From: Meyerozyma guilliermondii
Taxonomy: Eukaryota
Direction: 5' to 3'
Length of the DNA stretch: 64,000 bases
NCBI GenBank assembly: GCA_051546255.1
Contig: CP128816.1
Coordinates: 1,240,001 to 1,304,000, forward strand
In this document: positions 54,627 to 63,765 of the stretch, piece by piece
How positions within the stretch are numbered: position 1 is the first letter of the stretch
Layout of the letters: every line of letters starts with the position of its first letter
Made by a program: the position numbers and the translations under genes
The notes under the pieces: model-generated
Seen by the model: the letters and a program-made list of their open reading frames with translations, nothing else
Database searches by the model: none
Told to the model about the DNA's origin: nothing

Positions 54627-56063
54627 TTAAGAGAGGCCCGACCGTGGCCGTTTTGTTCCCATGGGTGCCTTGTGTTTTGGTGTCGTGGGTTGGTTGTATG
54701 ATGGGAGATTGCTCAAATACGCATGCAACGTTGGCTTCTGTGCTCTGCTATCCTCCGGAGCCTCGTGCAGAGTCTCAGACGGAAGGATGTTCAGGAGCAT
54801 TTTCAAGTCGTCGATGGAAAACAGGGTTGTTTCTGGAAGTCTTACATCAAACTTGATGAAGAGGTTCCCTCGTTGGTAATGAGATAAGTCGAAGACTGCC
54901 AGCGAAAACTCCTCAACCTCATCGGGGTTTTGGTAGTAGGTGCCATCTATCACATCATTGATAGGCATTCCTAACTCTGTAACCAACTTGGGGGTTCCTG
55001 AATTGATGGTTCCCACAATTTCACCATCCTTTACATGTTCATTGATGTCGTCGTTAATGCCTGTGCGTCCGTGGACATTCACAAACAATCTCAAGGGTTG
55101 TATAAAGTTGTCGACCTTGACAGTGCCGCCCAAAAGAGCAGTTTTCAAGTCTATCGGCTGTTCCAAGTATAAGTCATTATTGCGTCGAACTATCGATGAA
55201 TGAGGAAGTTCGCGGAGTTGAATGATAACGTCTCCAGGTAAAGTATTGCGTCCCTCGTCAGCTTGGCCTTGGAGTATAATTTTGTCGCCACCCTTGGATC
55301 CGGGAAGAATATTGGCTTTAAGGAGCTTCTTTTCTCGAACGTACCCTCGGTTGCAATGAGGACATTGATCATTAGGGCTTACGACAGTACCTGTACCATC
55401 ACAGGCTCGACACAGGCTCACTTCTTGCGACCTGCAGAACTTGTTAGCCATGGTCATCATGACTCTTCCACTGCCTTCACAGGAAGGACACAGTTTAGGG
55501 TTAGCACCACCGATGCCATGACAGTGCTTACATTTGGATATTCGAGGCAATTGAAGTTTGGCAACTTTACCAAAATATAGGTCTTCAAGCGTAACGTCAT
55601 AAGTGTGGTAGATATCTGCGCCATGACGCAATTTATGGGGATCGGTCATGGATTGTACGTGATGCTCAAATTGATCTGATGCCAAATTACCAAAGGCAAA
55701 GTTGTTCATATCGTTTGATTTGAGCATATCGTTCAAGTTGCTGAACATCTGGGTGAATATATTGGCTGTGAATGGACCAGGAGAGTTGAAAGCACATCCA
55801 CTACGGCTCTTCTTTTGAGCCTCTGCTGCCGTACCATCAAGGCCAGCCTCGCCATAATGATCGTACACCGACCGAGCCTTTTCATCTCGTAGCACCTCAT
55901 ATGCCCTGGTGATCTCTTTAAAGTGTTCAGTCAGCTGAGGATCGTGTTTATTCTTATCAGGATGATATTTAAGCGCCAATTTTTTGTACGCTCGTGATAT
56001 CTCTTCGGTCGAAGCCGAATGAGCCACGGTTAAAATATCATATAAATGAGTATCTGATACCAT
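54627..56063 (-). CDS. APJ1: Type I J-domain co-chaperone
   Basis: J domain LALKYHPDKN, G/F region, CxxCxGxG zinc motifs, no C-terminal CaaX; position near TPM suggests APJ1. Confidence 0.75.
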   Translation of the reverse strand: MVSDTHLYDILTVAHSASTEEISRAYKKLALKYHPDKNKHDPQLTEHFKEITRAYEVLRDEKARSVYDHYGEAGLDGTAAEAQKKSRSGCAFNSPGPFTANIFTQMFSNLNDMLKSNDMNNFAFGNLASDQFEHHVQSMTDPHKLRHGADIYHTYDVTLEDLYFGKVAKLQLPRISKCKHCHGIGGANPKLCPSCEGSGRVMMTMANKFCRSQEVSLCRACDGTGTVVSPNDQCPHCNRGYVREKKLLKANILPGSKGGDKIILQGQADEGRNTLPGDVIIQLRELPHSSIVRRNNDLYLEQPIDLKTALLGGTVKVDNFIQPLRLFVNVHGRTGINDDINEHVKDGEIVGTINSGTPKLVTELGMPINDVIDGTYYQNPDEVEEFSLAVFDLSHYQRGNLFIKFDVRLPETTLFSIDDLKMLLNILPSETLHEAPEDSRAQKPTLHAYLSNLPSYNQPTTPKHKAPMGTKRPRSGLS

Positions 56064-56411
56064 GCCATATGATTGAATGGGTAATAGCTAGTGAAAAGCT
56101 GGAAAATGTGGGGTAGAAACCAAGAAATAAATGAATATTCTTCAATCATGGACCGAAGCTTCGATTGGTTTCCATCCTGCATGACTCGCGGTGGTGCTGT
56201 GGGTGTCGAGAATTGGTCCGCCGTTGACTAAGCGATAACGATAAGGATGCGAGCGAAAGATTAATTGGTTCAGTACTTAAATGGGAGGTGAATAAATAGT
56301 ATAGTATAGAAACATGAAAATGTTCTAATTTCTCTCATTTCGTGTTCAAAGTTTCAAATTTCTTCTTTTTTTCATTTTTTATTTTTTTGTCAAAATCTCA
56401 GATTTTGCAAT

Positions 56412-57695
56412 CTACTTACCATTACCTAGTGTCCCCAAAATTTCATCTCTATAATGAGGTTGGTGGTTGATACGTGCTGGTTTGTGGCGTCTCTCATACA
56501 TGTTGCGTTGTTTCCGTTCAAGCACCTGTACTTGTTGCTGCTGCTTAACCACTTCTCGCAGCGTTACACCAGGTGCAAACCGTCGGTCCACCATAGCCAA
56601 TGTCTTTTGTGGTTCGGCAAGCTCTCGAGTCTCTGGGATATTCTGTCTATAATAGCGCATCATCGAGCGATGTCCAATACGAGAACCTGTGGGAAGGGTC
56701 AATTCGACCCCGGTAGGATCAATCTTGACGGTGGTGTAATTGGAGTTGATTTCATCCGACAGTATTTCTACCGGCGAATCGTCAAACTTTACCTTTGATG
56801 GAGACTCATGGGGTGTTTCTGGCTCCTCACTTAGAGTGAAATCATAGAAATGTGCAAGTAACAGACGTTCTTCTTTGGTCTCATAAGGTATTCTGCAATG
56901 GCCCTTACTATTGACATGCTGACGAATACTTTCAAGGTTTTTGCCCTGGAATCCACATACCATGCATATTTTCTCGCCCACAATCATTTCCCCGAGATAG
57001 TTCAATAAACTTTCCAAATCAACGAGAAACAGCCGTTCAGGTACGTACAATCCATGCTTGCTGAACATATGCCTCACATTACTTTCCACATCGTGATTGT
57101 TCACCCCACAATATACACAGTGGGTCGTGGGAAGGAGCTCATCCAAATCCTCCATCTGGTCAATATCGCTGTCTTCAAAGTGTTCATCTTCGACCAAAAG
57201 AACATCTGAACGAGTATCCACTTCAGAAGCTGATGCATCGGTATCGTTGAATTCCGAACCAGTCTCAAACGCAATATCTGTGCTTCCCAAAGAGAACTGC
57301 GAGTGCCCACTACGAATAGACGCAGGACTTCCCACTCTAACAAGCGGTTCCATTGGAGTTTCTTGGAGTTGTCTGCCTCTGTGAATTTGCTGTCGCAACG
57401 ACTTTTTGGTCATTTGTGGTCCATTTTTGCTCCGTCTTCGATGATTTATGTGAAATCCATACTCATCTTCATCTGCTTGTTCAGATTCCTGCGTCGACTG
57501 CAGTTCCAAGACCTTTTCGGCAAAAACATCCGACGAAATCGATGGCAATTGAGCGACTCTACGCTTCAAATTGTACCTATGCCAGTCAGTTTTCATGTGC
57601 TGCCTCTGTAGGTCAGCAGTTACAAACTTGACCGAACACGTATTACATGTGAATGATGACGTGCTCGGATTCGAACCCTGTGGTAAAAAACTCAT
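56412..57695 (-). CDS. REH1: Pre-60S C2H2 zinc-finger factor (Rei1/Reh1 family)
   Basis: FTCNTC..QRQHMKTDWHRYNLKRRVA, HMFSKHG, KGHCRIPYE, LPTGSRIGHRS; first ATG 57695. Confidence 0.85.
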   Translation of the reverse strand: MSFLPQGSNPSTSSFTCNTCSVKFVTADLQRQHMKTDWHRYNLKRRVAQLPSISSDVFAEKVLELQSTQESEQADEDEYGFHINHRRRSKNGPQMTKKSLRQQIHRGRQLQETPMEPLVRVGSPASIRSGHSQFSLGSTDIAFETGSEFNDTDASASEVDTRSDVLLVEDEHFEDSDIDQMEDLDELLPTTHCVYCGVNNHDVESNVRHMFSKHGLYVPERLFLVDLESLLNYLGEMIVGEKICMVCGFQGKNLESIRQHVNSKGHCRIPYETKEERLLLAHFYDFTLSEEPETPHESPSKVKFDDSPVEILSDEINSNYTTVKIDPTGVELTLPTGSRIGHRSMMRYYRQNIPETRELAEPQKTLAMVDRRFAPGVTLREVVKQQQQVQVLERKQRNMYERRHKPARINHQPHYRDEILGTLGNGK

Positions 57696-57831
57696 AAAGA
57701 AGTATAGACAATTTGTCTCCCTGCTATATGTGCTGTGGTGTATTGGATGCACGTCTGTTCGTCATTATGGCAAACTCCGCATCATTCCGCCTGCATGTGC
57801 GGTAGTGTACATAAACTATTTTGGGTGCAAA

Positions 57832-60060
57832 TTACTTCCATGCCTCACTCACCAGAGGCCACACTCTCTTATACATGCTCATAGCAATTGTATCCTGAGC
57901 ATTCAACTTGCCGTCAAAGCGTGCCTTGAAATACCCGTGTGTTCCCAAACTTTCCTTAATAAATCCACTACGACCCATTTTGGTGAATAATGGAATGGCT
58001 TTGAAGAAATTGACATCTTGAGAATTGAAGAACATGTATCTCACCGTCACCACCGTCTTGTGAATCTTGACAGGGTGTCCAGTCAATACCGCACGCTCAG
58101 CAACGATTCTGGTGTGGTCACAATTGAGGAATGTACCTTTACCAACAAATTTGAGCAGACCATCTGGTTGAGGCTTAAAGTAAAGTGTTGGTGAGTTGGT
58201 GAACAGAACAGGACTGATGGCACTAGCAATTGTCAACGAGCCATGGTGAGCAAACCGTTCCGACTTGTGGACATTGTTTGAGTTGTTGGAGGCTTGGTTG
58301 AAAAGTGGCTTGATCACTTGTCTTCGGTAACCATATTGAACAACGAGTTCCTCTCCACTAGGAATTGGATCAACGTAGTCTTCCCAGGACTCAAATGACC
58401 AATTGACCAAACCCAACTTGTGTTCGTGCTCGAGCATTCCATAAACCACAAATGGACGCTGGCTGGCATCACTTTGGATATCGGTGGGTGCTCGAATAGT
58501 GAGCCTGACTTTGGTTCCAGCTTCCACTTGTGCCTCTCTCGAAGCTTGCTTGGCAATTCTGTTCCGGGTCGCTTTATAGTTGGAGATCCGGAGCAACCGT
58601 TTCCATATGCTGGGTCTATTTTCGTCAGCTTCATCTACTTGCCAGTCACAATTACCAAGTGATTTGATTCCACGATACGATGCAAGTCTCTCTCTAGCAG
58701 ATTCCGATGGATCAAGTTCCAACTCATCTGGGAACTCAAGGTCGTCTTTTTCCAAAGCGCGGAACTCTTGTAACTGTCTTTCTTCTTCTTCTGGTGAGAG
58801 CTCCATATATTGAACATCTTCGTCCTGGTCCACAATGTTATCTGCCTCATCCATTTCTTCCATTTCCACAATTTCATCTATTTCCTCATTTTCATCGTCT
58901 TCCAAGTCGGATGCATCTTCGAGAACATCGTCTATAAGCCATTTTCTTTGGTACTCAGAGGTACCTTTTGGAACTGGTTTTCTGGAACTATTATCGTCAT
59001 CGGTTGCAAAATATTTGTACCCGTCCATCTTCACTCCGTCTTCATAGACATCTTCTATCTCGTCTTCCATCTCCAACTCTTCAGGCAAAAGTTCATTTAG
59101 ATCTTCTTGATCTTGGGTTGGAATTATTACTTGGGTCTCTGAAGAACGCTCAACCATGGTCTCAATGCCTTCTAGCTGATAGTCTCCCAGACCAGGAATG
59201 TGCACAAGTCTATTAACATTGAATCCAACACCACGAACAGTTCCAATTACTGTCATCAATGGTGCACCATTTGCACCTTGAATCCACGAAACTTCGTCAG
59301 CAACGAGGTATCCTCGAGCATCTCTCCACGAAACCGATTTGGGCATCTTCTGTGACATTAATCTTATGCAATTGATACATTCTGAGGCAGTTTCCAAGGC
59401 GTATAATTTGTCCACATCTGGGAAGAAATGGGTAAAATAAGATTGAAGAGACTGCCTTATATCGAGCTGTAAGTTTCGTTTAGGATACGCTGAAACAAGA
59501 TTGGGCAACACACCAATCACAGAAGCAATGCCCTGTGCTATAATTGACCGCAACAATTGTTCACCATAAGTGGGATCCACTTCTTGTTGCGCAGATATTC
59601 CAAATACAACATAGTCAGAAATCTTTGTGGCATCGAGAATAGCCAAAAAATCATTTTGGTCTGGGATTATGATCTTGAAGTTGGCCTTGTATTGGCGTAT
59701 TCGGATGCTACTGACACTGGGGTATTCGAATGTGAATTTTTCACCGGTTCCACTGAATAAGGAAGAGGCTACATCGGCTGGAGAAATATCATTGGTGAGC
59801 GAGATTACAGTCACAATTTTCTCAGCACCCAAACTATCGAAAAGCTTCCTCGTATTCTTACTTTCAAGAATCTTTTGCTCCTTCAATTGCTTAGCGACGT
59901 TTTTCCGTTCTGTCTTGGACATTACTCGGATCGCTTTAGACCCAGAAGCACCCTTTTCGACTTTTCCCTTAAACCGGTTTTTGATCTGGCCCTTGGTGGC
60001 ATGCTTGGATTTGAACGACTTATGGTCGTTCTTGAGGGTAGATCGATGTGAATGGCCCAT
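57832..60060 (-). CDS. TSR1: Pre-40S ribosome biogenesis factor
   Basis: MGHSHRSTLK..HKSFKSKHATKG, DLEFPDE, TVRYMFFN, GFIKESLGTHGYFKA. Confidence 0.95.
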   Translation of the reverse strand: MGHSHRSTLKNDHKSFKSKHATKGQIKNRFKGKVEKGASGSKAIRVMSKTERKNVAKQLKEQKILESKNTRKLFDSLGAEKIVTVISLTNDISPADVASSLFSGTGEKFTFEYPSVSSIRIRQYKANFKIIIPDQNDFLAILDATKISDYVVFGISAQQEVDPTYGEQLLRSIIAQGIASVIGVLPNLVSAYPKRNLQLDIRQSLQSYFTHFFPDVDKLYALETASECINCIRLMSQKMPKSVSWRDARGYLVADEVSWIQGANGAPLMTVIGTVRGVGFNVNRLVHIPGLGDYQLEGIETMVERSSETQVIIPTQDQEDLNELLPEELEMEDEIEDVYEDGVKMDGYKYFATDDDNSSRKPVPKGTSEYQRKWLIDDVLEDASDLEDDENEEIDEIVEMEEMDEADNIVDQDEDVQYMELSPEEEERQLQEFRALEKDDLEFPDELELDPSESARERLASYRGIKSLGNCDWQVDEADENRPSIWKRLLRISNYKATRNRIAKQASREAQVEAGTKVRLTIRAPTDIQSDASQRPFVVYGMLEHEHKLGLVNWSFESWEDYVDPIPSGEELVVQYGYRRQVIKPLFNQASNNSNNVHKSERFAHHGSLTIASAISPVLFTNSPTLYFKPQPDGLLKFVGKGTFLNCDHTRIVAERAVLTGHPVKIHKTVVTVRYMFFNSQDVNFFKAIPLFTKMGRSGFIKESLGTHGYFKARFDGKLNAQDTIAMSMYKRVWPLVSEAWK

Positions 60061-60094
60061 GGCACTGAGTTTGATTCGGCTGCACCTTGTAGGT

Positions 60095-60244
60095 GCGATG
60101 AGGTTGATGCGTGAGATGGCTATCACGCGCAAGTCATGTGTACGCATATAGGGTTACACACGTGATACCACGACCGCACCTTTTCGATTTTGTGTCACGT
60201 TCCCTGGTCTGGCACGACCGCCGCGAGTCCAGTGTGAAAAAATT
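60095..60244. promoter_or_regulatory. Divergent TSR1/RPS29 promoter: PAC (GCGATGAG 60095), Tbf1-like TAGGGTT (60149), Cbf1 CACGTGA (60159), RRPE-like TGAAAAAATT (60235)
   Basis: Motif matches between a ribosome-biogenesis gene and a ribosomal protein gene. Confidence 0.6.
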
Positions 60245-60279
60245 GAACAGTATTGGATAACAGACAGATACAGCAAAGA

Positions 60280-60554
60280 GTATGTTATAACGAGACTGGG
60301 GTCCTAAGGAGGGAAAATACTGTTCATTGCGTGGAGAATGTAGAGTCAGTTTGCTATTAGAGAATTTGTTGGATCGACAAGCGAAAGTGGAGACACAGAG
60401 AATACGAAATTTAATCATTCATCTCCAAAGACTTTGAAACGTCAAACGGAAAGTACAATTGAACCCACAATACACTGGAAGAACTTTCGACAGTCTGGAA
60501 CAAGAAATATCCCTAAAAGACCCTTCAATCACCTTGAACTAATACTAACTACAG
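60280..60554 (+). other. 5'-UTR spliceosomal intron of RPS29 (275 nt)
   Basis: GTATGT at 60280, TACTAAC 60543-60549, CAG ending 60554, ATG at 60558. Confidence 0.85.
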
Positions 60555-60557
60555 AAT

Positions 60558-60728
60558 ATGGCTCACGAATCAGTTTGGTTTTCACACCCAAGAAACTTTG
60601 GTAAAGGTTCTAGACAATGCCGTGTGTGCTCTTCGCACTCCGGTTTGATCAGAAAGTACGGATTGAACATCTGCCGTCAATGCTTCAGAGAGAGAGCTAC
60701 TGACATTGGCTTCAACAAGTACCGTTAA
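60558..60728 (+). CDS. RPS29: 40S ribosomal protein S29 (uS14), 56 aa
   Basis: [56 protein letters not shown]; below the ORF-track length cutoff. Confidence 0.98.
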   Translation: MAHESVWFSHPRNFGKGSRQCRVCSSHSGLIRKYGLNICRQCFRERATDIGFNKYR

Positions 60729-60990
60729 GCTTACACACTTGCATAGATAGTTGTGGATATCATGTATAATTAATACGCTGATAAGAGAATGTAGAAAATG
60801 TGGACGAATCATGAAGTGACCATCGACCATTCTTAAACGTACTTTTACTCAGTGACGATGCTTTGAGCGCACCATACCTAATGATCCTCTATCATTTGGT
60901 CAATTATTTAGAAGCAAAGTATAGCTAATACTTGACTGTCTACCTCTCCTGACTGTCCACTCACCTCTCTTACTCTCTACATTACTACTG

Positions 60991-61156
60991 AAATATATCC
61001 CATTATCGACATTCAGAACCATCGCCGCACTGAAGCGACCCAACGATTGCCAAACTTCCTACAGGGATTATTGATCTGGGGAGTTGAATATTAAATATGG
61101 CAACAATCATAACTTGTCTATTTACGTTAGATTGTCGTGGCAAATACTCCCAGTAT
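60991..61156 (-). ncRNA. SNR34: Box H/ACA snoRNA, snR34-like (5' end approximate)
   Basis: Two hairpins; pockets UGCCAC/GCCA and UAGGAA/GUCGA complementary to 25S rRNA; H box AGAUCA 61077-61072; AUA tail box 60996-60994; next to RPS29. Confidence 0.85.
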
Positions 61157-61198
61157 TATTATACTTTTTGATTAACTGAATTTTCAACTTTTCGATGC

Positions 61199-61218
61199 TT
61201 TATAGTGCGGTTACCCGG
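61199..61218. promoter_or_regulatory. TATAAA (- strand 61204-61199) and Reb1-type TTACCCGG (61211-61218) between snoRNA and ECM19-like gene
   Basis: Exact motif matches about 45-60 bp upstream of the predicted snoRNA 5' end. Confidence 0.55.
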
Positions 61219-61261
61219 CCACCAGTGTCCTATGCAGACGAATGATGGACCTCAGGTATCA

Positions 61262-61562
61262 ATGTCTAATTCCGGAGTAAAAGCACTTACAATCTTGTTT
61301 GTGGGTGGACTAAGTTGGTATGCTGGACTTAAATTCTGGCAGCCGTTGATAATGTAAGAATCAATACATATATTGTAAAAATCATGGCTAACAAAGCGAA
61401 CAATTACAAAAAGATGGTAATTTAAGAGACGACGTTTATGTTCCTGATACTTCAGACCAGCCTAAATCATGGCAGGATCTCAAGACAAAGGTAAGAACGA
61501 CATTGCATCCTGATTTGGAAAAGGAAGGAGAAAGCAAAAATGTTGATGAATTTGGCAAATGA
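61262..61562 (+). CDS. ECM19: Small single-pass membrane protein, Ecm19-like, two exons (85 aa)
   Basis: Exon 1 61262-61353; intron 61354-61396 (GTAAGA..GCTAAC-AAAG); exon 2 61397-61562; spliced GLKFWQPLIIEQLQKDGNLRDDV; alternative in-frame ATG at 61232. Confidence 0.8.
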
Positions 61563-61604
61563 GAAAAGGACTAGAATTGGATGAGACACTATGAAGATCG
61601 ATAA

Positions 61605-61690
61605 GGTACTCAATGGTACTAGCAATGGTACTGAACGAATGGACTGACCCAATGGACTGAAATAAAGGACTGAACTGGTACTGAATTGAC
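61605..61690. repeat. Degenerate (A)ATGG(T)ACTGA repeat, about 7 copies
   Basis: ggtactcaatggtactagcaatggtactgaacgaatggactgacccaatggactgaaataaaggactgaactggtactgaa. Confidence 0.7.
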
Positions 61691-61756
61691 CATTTGCCGG
61701 ACTCTACTACGCAACTTATGTTCAGGCAATTAAAATTTCAATTGAAAGTCATTGAA

Positions 61757-61836
61757 CTCATGATTCTTGTATCATGATCTATATCATAAACATTTCATGA
61801 ACCTATATCATGATCTTATTTCATGAACCCTATATA
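61757..61836. repeat. Degenerate TCATGA-containing repeat
   Basis: Five TCATGA palindromes in about 75 bp; tatcatgatct and tttcatgaacc each occur twice. Confidence 0.65.
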
Positions 61837-61884
61837 TCTAGGAGAGCATTGTATATACTGTACCCACTATCTTCACCACTCTGC

Positions 61885-61901
61885 GCTCATCGCGAAAAAT
61901 T
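61885..61901. promoter_or_regulatory. PAC (GCTCATCGC) plus RRPE-like GAAAAATT upstream of SYO1
   Basis: Motifs 20-36 bp upstream of the ATG of a ribosome-assembly gene. Confidence 0.6.
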
Positions 61902-61920
61902 ATTGAGACAATTCACTACG

Positions 61921-63765
61921 ATGGGCAAGCTCAAGAAGTCCAAAAGAAACCAGAACAGAACCAACCCGCTAGCTCGGGGACGCAAACTGTCCAATGAAAC
62001 AAAATCAGAAGAATCAGCAAGAAGAAGAGCACTTCCATTAATTGAAAAATTGACATCTACCAGTGCCAATGATAGAGCCATGGCTCTCGCTGCTATTACC
62101 GTGCTTTGTGAAGACGAGAACACTCGAAAGGTTCTTTTAAAGGAAAGAATCATAACCATTATTATGGAGCAATGCCTTACAGATTCAGATGATGAGATCG
62201 TAGTGGAAGCTTTTGGGGTGTTGCGCAATATAGCAGTGGAGGAAGGTTACGATGTTATTCAACATATATGGAGACAAAATATCTGGACAGCTATCGAGGG
62301 AGCACTTGTCAAGATCCAAAAGTCATTTGAATACTTGGGTTCGGGGAAAACATCAACCATTGGAAATAAAAAAGCTGATGAGAAAGCCCGTCTACAATTA
62401 CTATACGATTATACTGAGAATGTTATAATGCTTGTGGTGGTGATTGCCAGTGGTTCTTCAAAACTATTCGAGTCTGTGTTTGCCAAGATCGATCCAATTT
62501 TGTCGTTGGTAATTAGCATAATCAACTGGAATACCCCAGTGGTGCAAACCTCACTCAAATTGCACCATGCATTGCTTGATTTTGTGTATGAATTTGCTTC
62601 CGAATCACAGGAGTTTATTGGAAAACTTGCCAATTTTGACTTGGAAATTCAAAATGAAAAGAGTCTGATATTGACTCAGATATATGCAAATGCCATCAAG
62701 TTTCATATTATTGAGGATGGGATATCCATCCAAGACATTGACAATATTCTCAACCGCATGTTCAGCACACTAGTTACCATCAATTTGGATGAGGTCAAGC
62801 TGAACCTAACCGTGACCGACAATGCACAGCATCCTATCCAGAAAAAACCAGAAACAATGCAAGATATTGACCAGCCTTTGGGTGGTGAGCTGGTAGAAAC
62901 ATGGCAAGCAAAATGTAACGTTCAAGCCATGGAAATAGCCATTGACGTCACCACGTCAATTTGGGAACTCCTAGCTACCGGACCCTTCAATGCCTCGGAT
63001 ATAATGCCCACTGTGTTTCAGGTGGTTTATCCTAGTTTAATGGAGCTTCTCAAATTTGAATCGTCGAGTAATTTGGGATTTGCTGAGCGGTTATTGCAAT
63101 GTCTCAATAATTTGTGCTGGCTAATGCTAATGGTGGATCCTATTCCTACTCTGTGGCACCAATGTTGTTTACAAATGTGGGACGCGTGTTCTATTTTCGG
63201 CACCACCAATGACATTGCCATCAAAACGCATTGTCTAAATGCATGTTGGGCTATCTGCAAAGCAATTGGCCCTGAAATAACATCGAAAATAAATCCTGCA
63301 GCGATTAACGGTACAGTGGAAACAAGCAGAAGCGCATTATACCAGTTACAGGCTGGAACAGGAGACCCAGACCTCCTTACTGAGTGGTTGGTTACTGCGG
63401 CTGGATTTCTTGCCTCGGCCGTGGTACCAGCAGCACATGATTCAGACTATGTTCCCGCGGTGAAGGAGGTTGGTTCGTTATTGGTGGACTGCATTCTGTG
63501 GCTGGTAAACGGTGGTAGTGGTGGTGTCATGGTGGAATGTCTTAATTCGTTGTATGATATTTTTGGCGACGCCGATTATGTTTACGATGAACCCGTGTTT
63601 GTGCAAGAGCAATATTTACTTGTTCTACAGGAGTTGGAGCCGAAAGTGAAAGATGCGTCCAAACGCATCGACAAACATCTTCATGCGGAGACAAGGGCTA
63701 GGGCTGAAGAGGCTTGCAATAATTTGACGCGATTTTTGCAATACAAAGTTTCCGAAAAACAATAA
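61921..63765 (+). CDS. SYO1: Symportin 1 (Rpl5/Rpl11 import chaperone; ARM/HEAT)
   Basis: MGKLKKSKR..RTNPL basic start, EAFGVLRNIAVEEGYD, DIFGDADY.YD.PVFV, NLTRFLQYK end. Confidence 0.88.
   Translation: MGKLKKSKRNQNRTNPLARGRKLSNETKSEESARRRALPLIEKLTSTSANDRAMALAAITVLCEDENTRKVLLKERIITIIMEQCLTDSDDEIVVEAFGVLRNIAVEEGYDVIQHIWRQNIWTAIEGALVKIQKSFEYLGSGKTSTIGNKKADEKARLQLLYDYTENVIMLVVVIASGSSKLFESVFAKIDPILSLVISIINWNTPVVQTSLKLHHALLDFVYEFASESQEFIGKLANFDLEIQNEKSLILTQIYANAIKFHIIEDGISIQDIDNILNRMFSTLVTINLDEVKLNLTVTDNAQHPIQKKPETMQDIDQPLGGELVETWQAKCNVQAMEIAIDVTTSIWELLATGPFNASDIMPTVFQVVYPSLMELLKFESSSNLGFAERLLQCLNNLCWLMLMVDPIPTLWHQCCLQMWDACSIFGTTNDIAIKTHCLNACWAICKAIGPEITSKINPAAINGTVETSRSALYQLQAGTGDPDLLTEWLVTAAGFLASAVVPAAHDSDYVPAVKEVGSLLVDCILWLVNGGSGGVMVECLNSLYDIFGDADYVYDEPVFVQEQYLLVLQELEPKVKDASKRIDKHLHAETRARAEEACNNLTRFLQYKVSEKQ

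Noticed and set aside
60781..60960. Possible box C/D snoRNA downstream of RPS29
   Set aside because: Only imperfect C-box-like words and no convincing C/D pair or rRNA antisense element
1498..61920. N-terminal extensions in the ORF track (NCE103, IRC5, ERG25, CPR7, NDUFS3, REH1, TSR1, SYO1)
   Set aside because: They mostly use GTG/TTG starts or run through promoter motifs and repeats; family-typical N-termini begin at downstream ATGs
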